A stretch of 64,000 nucleotides of DNA from Rhizophagus irregularis (lineage: Eukaryota). The stretch covers positions 4,650,001 to 4,714,000 of the forward strand of contig NC_089432.1 of the NCBI RefSeq assembly GCF_026210795.1, in the 5' to 3' direction. The notes under the pieces were generated by a model. That model was given only the letters and a program-made list of their open reading frames with translations. It did no database searches and was not told the origin of the DNA. A program made the translations under genes and the position numbers. Shown here piece after piece: positions 13,407-26,038 of this stretch (its first letter is position 1; every line of letters begins with the position of its first letter).

Positions 13407-16143
13407 TCTGTATAATTGCAGATCCCTTTCAAAAATTTTAAAAAAGTGAACTATACCCAATAATTTACCATTGTAAATTATTTTATTTAGTTTTTAATAC
13501 AAATTGAATTGTTTAAAATCAATAATTCAATATTACATTTAATTTTAATTTTAATTTAAATTTCTTTATTTATAAATTAAAAATCAATATAGAATGTACC
13601 TGAAATACTTGTTGACACACGTTTTAGAATTGCTTAGGGTTAGGTATGCATAGGATTAGGTTAAGCTCTCGCTCTTGTCAACCATAGATTCCACTGACCG
13701 TATGTATGTGATATGTGAGAATTCTATATTACACTCCGCTTATTTTAGAAAAGCTCGAACAGTTTCCAGCGTATCCATCAAAAAAAAAAAAAAACTCAGA
13801 CACGTGATTCATTTGATTTGACTGTGGCTAAGTGTAGTAGTTATTCTAAACATTCCAGTCCTTATCTAACCCTAAACAACAACGTTAACTCTAAAGGTAA
13901 TCTTTCATCTAAACCAACCTTAACCTAATCCTCGTGCTCTTCTATGTTAATGATATAGTTCATCTATATAATTAAAAAAATTGTGTTTGTGTGACTAACG
14001 TTTAGATTAGCCCATATAAATAATCTTTGAATTGTCCAATGTGTTATTCATCTGCGCCTCTACACCTGATCTATTACGTTTTCTTATAGACATACAATAT
14101 TAATTACTAATATTGTGTAACATTTAATATGATCTATTAATGTGTTTTCGCCTGATCTATTCTTAATAGTTAAGACCACTTGATCGGCAAATTCATTCTA
14201 ATTACTAATGTGCAGGAAAAGGAAATTTGTATAATTCTGGCCGGAATTATACCTTTGCAATTTTCTCCCACATTATAAATTAAAAATTTTAACTGCGTCA
14301 AATTATATATTAATTGCCAAGACTTCCAAAAATTAATCAAAAATGACGATCAATCAATTTATACAACCCGATGCGGCTACTGCTAGTTTTTCTTAAAATT
14401 TTTTGACACCTTCAACTAATTTATTAATAGGACTAAATAATTTCTTTATTAGGTTGTCAAATTTTTATTTCTATAGGTTTTCATATTTTCTGCAAGTTTT
14501 GAGTTAATACCTTAGCTCCATAATAATCAAATAATGTTTTAAACCATTGTAATAGGCATCTTTTAAAATAAGCTAACTTTTTATTTTAAAAAATAATTTT
14601 GTATTCTTGGTAGACGCGAAAAGAAAACTTATTTAGTAGATCAGTTGCCAAAGTTGCAACTTGCCATAACTGCGCCGTATTAACAAAATCACATGTTCAA
14701 AACTGGGGAGGTCTATAATGGTGGCAAATAACATTATTTACACTAAAAAAAATTACATGTGTAAATATGCGGTAAATATGAAATATGAAAGAAGACGTTG
14801 CGATAACTAAAATCAACTTTCTAAGAATTTTTTATTTTATTTTTTTTTCATCTTAATTGTTGGGTTGAGAAAACTGGACATAGTGTCATACATTGATTTT
14901 TTATTATTAAAATGGGTTTTTTTAAAAAAAAAGTGGATGTTACTTAGGATTTATTTAAAAGTGAACAATATTTCGTTCATCATGATTATTAATCAATAAA
15001 TTAAATTTGTAAAAAGAGTATCATCATAATTAAACACTTTTCCTTCATGTATATTGTTAAAAAAAAAATCACTTAAAAGTTAAGAGTTCTTTGTTGATAT
15101 ATAATATTATTATTTCATTATGATCAGTTAATTTACACATATTTATGTGCTTTTATGTGCAAAATTATTAATCGGAAAATTTTAAAGCTTCAACATAAAA
15201 CATTACTTATTATTATGAGAAACCTTCAAATAGAGGTTAAAAATATGCTTCATAATGAGATAATTTTCTGATTTTTTTCAATACTCCTTTCACATCTTTG
15301 TATTTATTGTATAAATTTCATGTATAAGTGTACATAACGCCTGATTTTTTGTGATCAATTTAGACGATTTTAACGATTGTAAATTCCGAAATAGTTTTTA
15401 ATTTTGAGAATTATATAAGTTAATTTTTATTAATGTAATAATTACTGTGAAGTAAGAATATTTCATCATTATTAAATATTTATATATTTTATATTTTGAA
15501 AAATGATCATTTTGAAATTTGAATCCTACAAAGTGGCGCAAGTGGCTCTCGATCATTTATTATTGCTAACGACAACCTGTTGAAAAAAAAATTCATAAAT
15601 GAAATTATAGATAATGTACTATCAGCGAGCAAATGTAAAATTTTTATTTTGTTAAAATGTATTAAATTGATGCTTCGTAAAATTAGTTTGCAAAAAATCT
15701 GGAAGTTGACTTATTTACAAATTAACTCTCGTTATAGTATTACAGTTATAAATAAAAATTATCTTAACCTTATTTCTTATTTTAGCTTTCGATATACGTT
15801 TTTATTTATTTGTTACACTTTACAGTTTTCAATTGAGTTTATCTTATTAAATTCTATTTTATTTTATTTTTTTTTTAAAAAAATAACACTTCAAATGACA
15901 GCTCATATTAACTTTTATATGTTTATTAAATTGTAAAACTTTAAAATCATTTATTTACAGCCGAGTATTCATTTTTTCTAAATATTTCAAGATAGTGAAT
16001 ATATATAAATAAATAGTGAAATATTTACCTATTTTGTGTAATTTTCTTATATATATTTTCTTATAAAATAAATTTGTGTCTATTATTATATCATTCATTT
16101 TAAATTAAATCATCTTTCCACATCAGTAATATAATTATATAAA

Positions 16144-18330
16144 TTATTGATTTTTTTGAAGTCTTTTTAAATTATCTTTTGCCAACTCATATCCTTGTTT
16201 GGCAGATTTTTCAAGCCAATAAATTGCTTTATTGACATCTCTTGCAATTCCATCTCCATCTCTATACATTAAAGCAAAATTATTTTGTGCTACTTTATTT
16301 CCTAAATTTGCAGCATTTTGATATAATTCAAATGCTTTTTGCTTATTAATTTCGGTTCCAATACCTTCATCATAACAATATCCTAACATCATTATTCCAT
16401 TTATATTTTCTCTTCCAGCTGCTTGTTTAAACAATTCAAAAGCTTTATTATAATCTTTTTCAACACCAATTCCACCTTCATATAAAAGACCAAGATCATG
16501 CATTGCAACTATATTTCCATTATTTGCAACTTTTTCAAAATAATCAAAAGCTAATTTTTCATTTTTTATAGTCCCATATCCATAAAAATGACAATAACCA
16601 ACAAAAAGCTGTGCTAATGTATGATTTTTTTCTGATGCATTAATAAATAATTCAAATGCTTTCCCATTATTTTGACTTGTTACAATTCCATAATAATTAA
16701 AATATCCAAGAATGAAAATAGAATTGGAACTATTTTGATTATTTAATAACCAATTATAAAATTCTTGTGAATTTATATTATGGTCATTAAAATATTCAAT
16801 AACTTGCTGTTTTTCTAATTCCCAATTAATTCCTTTATTTTTTGATTTATAAATAAAATCATTTATTTCACCAACTATAATGTTAAAATCTTTTTCAGTT
16901 GAAAGATTTTCTTGTTTACTTGATATTGCCATAGAATCAATTTCTTTAGTATTCATTTTATCAAAATTTTGAATAAGTTGAGATAAATCTCCTTGTAATT
17001 CTGAATTATTACTACTTAAAGAAGTCTCATTAAGTTCTTGTTCATTTGACATTTGATGATTTTCTACTATTACATCTGATTTTGTAATTATTGCATTTAG
17101 CCAATCAACTACTTGATATATAGTTGGACGATTATCTGGTTCCCCATCCCAACATTCTAAGAAATAAATGTTAATTTAAGATTAATTAAAATAATATTTT
17201 AAATTATAAAAATATAGAATTTTAAATTTTAAATTTTACTCACTAGTATAAATTTTAACATATTCTTCAGGCGTATCAGGAACAACAGTTTCTCTAAGAC
17301 CTTGTGAAATTTCCACAGCTAAACCAACATCATATTCTTCATCCTCAACATAAAAAGGAGGTTGTCCACTGGATATTTCCCATAATAAAACGCCTATACT
17401 ATAAATATCACTTTTTTCACTTATTGAGTACATTTGTGTTGATTGATTATTACTATTTCTTCGTCTACTAAAGCTTTTTGGATCAACATAAGGAACCACA
17501 CCAAATAATTTAGATTAAACATTGGATGATGCTCCAATTCTTTTAGATAATCCAAAATCTGCTAATTTGATTGTGTTATTACGTACTAGAATATTACAGG
17601 AGTGCTATTAAAGAAACATATATATATTCAATTTTTTAAAATTAATATACAAAATTCATTATTGTTAAATAATAAATAAATTACCAAATCACGATGCACT
17701 ATTTTTTCGTTATGCAAGCATGATACGGCACAAGATAACTGGTATGCCATATTATATTTGTCATCCCAAGTAAGCTTGTTAAAATTTTCCTTTAAATAAA
17801 AACGAAGAGTACCACCGTCGGCGTATTCCATTACTAATCGATAATTATTATGATTTTCTAATGAATAAAGAAATAATTACTAAATGAAACTTTTGTAAAA
17901 TTTTGCGATTAAAAGAATATTATATTTATCAAGGTGATATTAATAATACCTGACTCCAGTTTTGTTACTCCATAGCAACGAATAATGTTATCATGAAAAT
18001 CAACTTCGCGTTGAATTTTTAGCTGAATAAAAAATAAAATATTTGAAAAAAATATATTGGATAAAATTTCATAGATAAAAAAAAAAGTATAGATTAAAAT
18101 ACCTCACGAACGATTTCTTTCATGGTGAAGTTATTAAGACTGAAAAAAGATTTTAACGCAAATAATTTTTCTGAATTTTTCAAATTTGCACGATATACGT
18201 TTCCGAAACCTCCAGTACCAATATGTTGAATATTAATAAATTCTTCATATTCATAAAATTTTAAATGTTCTTTATCAACAGCTTCCTCAATCCAATTAAC
18301 CCATTCATTTTTATTTTCGGTATTTTGCAT
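16144..18330 (-). pseudogene. Kinase-Sel1 paralogue 2 with an in-frame TAA in the activation loop; 5 Sel1 repeats, Sel1 ORF still open
   Basis: Exons 18330-18103, 18022-17950, 17857-17685, 17604-17244, 17156-16144. Reads HRDLHSCN...[22 protein letters not shown] at 17517-17515 where paralogues have CAA. Confidence 0.8.
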
Positions 18331-19037
18331 TTTGATATTATCGAACGTATTGAATAATAATAAGTTAACAAAAAGTTAAAAAAAAAATAAAAAAAATGAA
18401 AAGTAAAAATTGTCAAAGTTTTTATTGTGTATGCTATTATATAAATTTTTTTTCTCCGATATAGTCGCACAACGTACAGCGTGATTTAGTATTACCAAAC
18501 AAAAAAGTCAATCGGTCGACCTCAGCGGCTCAGCCATGGTACCGCAGTAATTTCATACATAATAACGTCATTACGAATTTTTAATAAAATTGAACAAAGT
18601 GATCTCTTGGAGTTTTTTCAAAATGTGTTGCTATAAGATGAAAGTAAGAATATACTAATTTGTCAAAAGTATCTTTACAAGGTTTACATTTTTATTTATC
18701 ACCCCATTATTTCGCTTATATCACATGTTAATTATGTGATAAAATATATTTTAATTTTTTTGTGCCGTGGTGTATATATATCCTATCCTCCTAACCCTAA
18801 ACTAACCCTAAACTAACCCTAAATCTTGCACCCAACGCAACTATTGAACTACTTCAAAATTTGATAGGTTTATTGCTTTGTTGTTGCAAATATATATTAA
18901 ATTACTATAGATCCTAACCTCCTAACTCCAAACTAACTCTACTTAACGCAATTATTACTTAACGCAACTATTAAACAACTTTAAATTTTAGCACATGAGA
19001 AACATGAGAATATATAAATCTTCTAATCCTATTTTAT

Positions 19038-19880
19038 TTACTTCTTACATGTTCTTGCATTATGTCCTATTTCTTTACATTTACTACATACATATTCCTT
19101 TTTATTGGCATTTTCTTTACCTGAAATATTACCACTTCTTTTCTCAGAGATTTCTATACTAGATTTTACTATTTAGTTAGCAGGACGACCTTTTGCAATA
19201 TGTTCTAATAGTTCATTAATATCATCCGTTGCATATACTCTTCCATTAGCTTCAAAAACAATTTTACATTAATTTCTGCACTTCTTACATTTTTATTTAC
19301 TCCTATTTGATTCTTGCACCTCACGATTTTTTTTCTTTTTTCAATAAATTTATTTAAAAAATCTTTTAATTCATCCCCATCTTCTATTGCTAATTGAGAA
19401 GCTTTTCTTGAAATTTCTGTTAAAATAACGTACTCATTTTTTTTTTAAAAAGCTTGTCTTTGAATAGTAGGTGATTGATAGCGTAAAAATATTTATTTGT
19501 GTGAAGTCAATATCAATTAGCTGATCACTTTCAGATTTTAACATCTTGCACATTATGTTCATTACCAAGTGTAACAACTGGTGAATTATTAATTTTCATT
19601 AAATCTAATTGTAAATGTTCCTTATACCATCTTTGAATCATGTTAATATGAAATTTCGCAAAATTAGATTCCATCATTACCTTAAAATAATGGCGGCAAA
19701 TTACTCTACTATTAGCTAATAATAAACAGGTACATGCTTTTTTTAAGATTATTACATATTGACAAGAAATTGGCAGACGAGTCAATAATGATTCAACTTT
19801 CCAAATTTCACGTATGTCATCAGTATTAAATTCTTGTAAAAGGTTTTTAAGGAAGATTATTTTATCGTCATACTTATCTT
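19038..19880 (-). pseudogene. MULE/FAR1-type transposase C-terminal remnant (SWIM finger, KGRP motif, CCHC knuckle)
   Basis: ACTCLLLANSRVICRHYFKV (CxC...CxH SWIM), HIAKGRP, YVCSKCKEIGHNARTCKK*; interrupted by stops and frameshifts. Confidence 0.8.
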
Positions 19881-21891
19881 GTGATAATCATATTGTGATG
19901 AAATTTGGTTAATTTATAGTAACTATAATAACAGTTAATTTTTAAATTTCTGCTTTAATTATCTTATAAAGATCCGGTATAATAATTTTTATTATGGTAA
20001 TTATAATAAAAAAGCTATACCAAGAATGAATGTTTTATATATTTAGAAAATAACAAAGTATGATGATATATTTTAGAAACGAAAAAAGTGACTTTGATAA
20101 AATATCAAACCATACGAATCATTAGAAAATACGAAAATTCAAAAATAATTTATTTAAAAGATAATAGAAGATGATGAAAATTTTAATGATCAAATTAATA
20201 TAATAGATTGTTTTTTAGAAGAAAGTGAACGTAAAAATAAATGAAATTAAAAAGAGATAATGGAAGAGCAAGATATTGAAGAACTAATTTAATATGTAGC
20301 AGTTAAATAAAGGTATTAGGAAAAATATAAAATATTTAACGAAATATACACGATATAATAATTTTAGTGAAGAGGAAAGTATAATTATTGCTTTATTAAT
20401 AATTAGAAAATTTTCAAAGTATATAACGGTATGTAAACAAGTAGCTAGTATTTTAAATCACCTTGATGATTACGTAAGTATCAGAAAAAGATTAAATAAT
20501 TGTTATTATGGTAGTTAGTTTTATTAAAAATTGGATACGAAAGAAATATTAAATTGTTAGTAAATACTGTATACCAGATAACGAATAATAAATGGGAAAG
20601 AGAAGAAAAAGAGTTTAATAATTTAAAAGGAACAAGATGATTATATATTGTATGTATACGTGTTACGTTTAAATATTTGGTAACAATAGAAATTAGATTA
20701 AGAAAATGTGAAATTAAATAAAAGTATACATACTAAATTCGACGCATTTTACGCATTTTGTAATAATGTATTACAAAGGATAGATTGGAATAGAAGTTTA
20801 CGTTTTATATCTAATCTTAATAAGTACAAAAAAATGTTTACGTCACGCGAACACACATATGGACGAGCGTATAAAATAAAAATTTTATCAAGGAGCTTCC
20901 AACGTACGAAATTTTATTCAAGCATCAATTGAACATGATAGATAGTACTGCACTTTACAAGAACAATCCAAAATTTTAATTACTAACAAGGAGAGAATTA
21001 ACGCGTGGTTCATACAATTACAAATTAGATACTATCGCAAAAACTAAAGAGGAGCGAATACTCGAATAGTGTTACGAGAGTTATGGGAATATATTGCTAC
21101 AACAATATGAAAAATACATTTGGTTGTGTAGGTGTGAATTGAAAAGATAAAAGGAGGGAAAATCAGAATAAGGACAGCAACAGAGAGCAAGATACGATAT
21201 TAGACAAAGATGATAATAATAATTTTAATAATAATAATAACAAAATTAAAAAGCAAAAAAAACTTAAAAAATTAATAAATTAGCTGGTAACTGGTAATAC
21301 AATTCTAATTAATAGACCCTTTGAAACAAATAAGGCCTTATACGTATAGAGAAAAGTTGATAGGAGCAAGTATATAGTTGATAGATATTAAATTAATTTT
21401 ATGTTCAAGGTTCATAATACTGTAATAATTTTTTTTTTTTTTTTAACTACAATAACATTTTAATTTGTGTTAGTTGATAGTTTTAAATAATGTTTTAATC
21501 CTATGTATTTCTATGAATTTTTATAAAATTTAATAAAGAAATACGTATTACTAACTATCACTCACGCTGTTATTAGTCATCTGGTATTAGAAAATAAATT
21601 TATCTGTTATTGTAAGATAAACTTTTTGTACGCTTTATCATAAAACCATAAACATGGATTTTACTAATTTCACTACCATTCGGGTACTTGAGAACTGTTA
21701 CTATAGTTATTCTAATCTTGCCTCAGTTGAATCTAAATGTAATTTTAAATTTTATATTTATATTTTCTTGACTCTTATATTAGTGTTTATAATCCTTGTT
21801 AAATTTACGAATTAAAAGATTATTATAAAATAAATAAATACATATCATCTGTTTTAAACGTCATGATACACGCATTTTTATTTAAGAAATA

Positions 21892-22090
21892 CCCTATAAA
21901 AAATCTGATCCGTGTTTTATCTTTCCATGCTATTTCCGTGAATGTATCATTTTAATGGAATTTATAGCCATAAATCATGGAAATTTTCATCTCGCTAACA
22001 CGGATATCCGGGAATATATCATTTTCACGGAATTTTTATGGAAGACACGGAGAAATAACGGAAATATTCGGATAAAAATTTTTTATAGGG
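21892..22090. mobile_element. CCC-terminal MITE (CMC-like) about 320 bp upstream of paralogue 3
   Basis: CCCTATAAAAAA...TTTTTTATAGGG with 3-bp TSD ATA. Confidence 0.75.
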
Positions 22091-22412
22091 ATATGCATAT
22101 CCTCTACCTACCAAAATTACTATGCTAATTTACTAGTTTCGTGTAATACCTTCGGCTACCGTATATCGATAAGTATTTAAATTTTATTTCCAATAGACTT
22201 TTTTTTTATGTGTGGTACAATTTTTTGTGTCATAATTGCGAAATGCGGCTGAGGACTCAGGCGCCGATCAAAGATATACCTTACTATTTGTGTCTGATAT
22301 TTGTGATACTGTATGATCATAATCGGAGAAAAAGGTATAAATACTTAAAATAAATTGACGTTTCAATCAACTTTTAATATCTTTCTATCAAATTATTTTT
22401 ATATGTTCAATT

Positions 22413-24752
22413 ATGTCTATCTATAATATCGAAATGCAAGATACCGAAAATATAAATGAATGGATAAATTGGATTGAAGAATCTATTGATAAAGAACATT
22501 TGAATTATTACGAATATAATCAATTTAACAACTTTAAGGAAATTGGTGCTGGAAGTTTCGGAAAAGTGTTTCGAGCCAATTTGAAAAATTTAGAAAAAAA
22601 TTTTGCGTTAAAATCGTTTTTTAATATAAACAACGCCACTATGAAAGAAATTGTTCGTGAGGTAATTTGATATTTAATAAATTTTATTTATTTTTCAGTC
22701 TGTGGTTTTATTCTATTATATTTATTTCAAGATTTGAAACTTATTTAGTTAAAAATTCAACGTAAAGTTGATTTTCATGATAATATTATTCGTTGTTATG
22801 GAGTAACGAAATTTATGTCAGGTATTATAAAAATGATAAATATACAGTATATACTGAGTTTTATTTATAAGCGTTTTAATGGTTAATTCTTTTATTTCTT
22901 TTGTTCTATAGAAAATCATGATAATAATATTAATTATATGTTAGTAATGGAATATGCTAATAGCGGTAGTCTGCGAAATTATTTGAAGAATAATTTTAAT
23001 AAACTTACTTGGGATAACAAGTACCTTATGGCGTATCAATTAGCTTGCGCTGTATCGTGCTTACATAATGAGGGGATTATCCATTGTGATTTGGTAATTT
23101 ATTTACTAATATTCAATCATCCAATAAAAATATTGCTTTCATTACTCATTTAATACATTTATATACTTTTTAATAGCATTCTGGTAATGTATTAGTTCAT
23201 CATGATACAATTAAATTAGCAGATTTTGGATTATCAAAAAGGATTGGAGTATCCACCAATTTTCAATCAAAATTATTTGGAATGGTTCCTTATGTTGATC
23301 CAAAAAGCTTTAGCAGGAGAAGAAATAATGATAACCAAGTGTATTCATTAAATGAAAAAAGTGATGTTTACAGTATTGGAGTATTGCTATGGGAAATGTC
23401 AAGTGGGCAACCTCCTTTCTATGCTGATGGAGAAAATTATGATGTTGGTCTGATTTATGACATTTCACAAGGTCTCAGGGAAACGGTTGTTCCTGATACA
23501 CCTGATGAATATGTAAAAATTTATACTAGTAAGTAAAAATTTAAGTATAATTAAATATTTGAATATATTTTAATTTTAAATTATATTTATCTTCTTTTTA
23601 GAATGTTGGGATGGTGAGCCAGATAATCGTCCAACTATATTTCAATTAATTGATTGGTTAAAAGTAATCATTACAAAAACTGATGTAATGATAGATAATA
23701 TTCAATTATCAAGTGATCAAGAATTTAATTTAAGTAATGTTGAACCTTCTGTTAATATGCCTTTTAATATTAATAATTCAGAATTACAAGGAGAACTATC
23801 TCAACTTATTCAAAATTTTGATAAAATGAATACAAAAGAAATTGATAGTATAATAATATCAGCAAGTGAACAAAAATATAATTTATCTAAAAAAGATTTT
23901 AATATAATAATTGATGAAATAAATGATTTTATTTTTAAATCATTTAATAAAGGAATTAATGATAAATTAGTAAAACAGCAAGTTATTGAATATTTTAATA
24001 ATAATATTATAGATTTACAAGATAATTATAATTGGTTATTACAACATCAAAATAGTTCAAATTCTATTTTTTTACTTGGATATTTTAATTATTATGGAAT
24101 TGAAACAAATGAAAATAATGAGAAAGCATTTAAGTTATTTTATGATGCACACAGTAGAGATCATATATTAGCATCATATTTTGTTAGTATATGTTATCAA
24201 TATGGGTATGGAATTGATATAAATGAAAATTTGGCTTTTAAATATTTTGAAATAATAGCTAAGCAAAATTATACAATTGGACAAATGGAAGTTGGTTATT
24301 GTTATGAAAATGGAATAGGTGTTATAAAAGATGTAAAAAAAGCTTTTAATTGGTATAAACAAGCTGCAAAGAATGGAAATATAATGGCCATGCACAATCT
24401 TGGTCTTTATTATAAAGATGGAATAGGTGTTGAGAAAAATCATAATAAAGCTTTTGAATTGTTTAAACAATCTGCTGAAAGAGGATTTTTGGGTGGAATG
24501 ACTTCATTAGGATGTTGTTATGAAAATGGTATTGGAACTGAAATTAATAAACAAAAAGCATTTATATTATATCAAAAATCAGCAAATTTAGGAGACATGG
24601 TAGCACAATATAATCTTGCTTATATATATGAAAATGGAGATGGAATTACGAAGGATATAAATAAGGCAATTTATTGGTATAGAAAATCTGCTGAACAAGG
24701 TGATCAAGATGCAAAAGATAAGTTGGTATTACTCCAAATAATTTATAATTAA
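22413..24752 (+). CDS. Non-RD (HCD) kinase with 6 Sel1-like repeats (paralogue 3, intact)
   Basis: Exons 22413-22661, 22749-22821, 22912-23093, 23177-23528, 23602-24752; GAGSFGKV, FALK, HCDLHSGN, DFG. Confidence 0.92.
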
Positions 24753-26038
24753 AATAAATTATTTTTATTTAAATTGTAGTAAAAGAATATATTGTTTTTT
24801 TTTTCTAATTTATAAGACATGTATAATATTTTTAAATACAATCAATAAATTTTATGAATTTTTTTTTACCTATCCTTCATAATCATTCTTGTAATAGTGG
24901 AAATAAAAGATGTTTAAACGTGAAAGAAATAATAAACAATACAAAACACCTTTTACATCAAGTACCGATTTCAGAAAAATTTTTATAGGAAAAATTTTGT
25001 CGCAATATATAAAAGAAATAACATCTGTAATGTGTGTCAGGTTGTAACTCTTCAAACAATAAATTCAAGTTCATAATCATAACCATACGACGGATGGCAT
25101 TGGCGAATCGATATTATTCCGCAGGATAAATTATAATATGTATTTTTTTTCATTTTCAATCAATAAGCAAGGTATATTAAGTGCGATTACTAAAGTTTCA
25201 TAATTAAATCGCTCTTCCAATTTGAATGGATGATTTCCTCTTTTAAGAGTTGAAAAAAATTTACATTTTTTGTATTCAAATACTATTTAAAAGTGCAATA
25301 TATTAATAGTCACGAATACTGCACATTCATATACAGTATCTTTATTAATTAAGATTGCAATATTAATTAATACATCTTAAAAGCAAGTCCAAATAAGATC
25401 ACATGTATAATAAATATTATTTATAAGAAAAAAAAATACTAAAAAAAAGATTATTATAAATTCTGGCTTGACCTATAATATAAATACAGTATAACAATAC
25501 ATGTTAAATAATCAACAACTTGACTAATTAAGATAATCTTACAATCTACCAACTTACTTAAGATTCAATTTAAGAGATTATTAATTCCTAATAAGAGTAA
25601 GATAGCAATTATTTCTTAAAGGAAATTATGGAATTACATATTTTATTGAATCTTTAACCTTGCTCATTATAATCCAAAAGATCCAGTTGTCCATGTGTGA
25701 AATTTTATTAGCCACTTTCTCATAATATTAAAAAGCTAACTTTTCATTCATTATTCATTTCGATAATATTCAATTGTGCTAATATGTGGTTCTTTTCTAA
25801 TGCATTAATGAATAAATTGAATGCTTATAATTTAAACGAACTATTTTGATTATTAATTAGTTAATAACTAATCTTAAAAATGTCGTGACATAAATTATTA
25901 ATTTCAATTATTTGACAATTTTCCTTAATAACAAAATTTATTATTTTAAAAATATAAAGATATAAACATACTATATAAAAAAGAAATATAAATTTTAAGT
26001 AAAACTACAAATATTCACAATACAAAAATAATATTCAT

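Noticed and set aside
18791..18823. (CTAACCCTAAA)3, also TTAGGGTTAGG at ~13634, as telomere
   Set aside because: 11-bp units, very short, internal and next to a MULE remnant; more likely transposon subterminal motifs.
20050..21350. Purine-rich, coding-like + strand stretch
   Set aside because: Frequent stops and no recognisable motif; probably a decayed TE gene, but unsupported.
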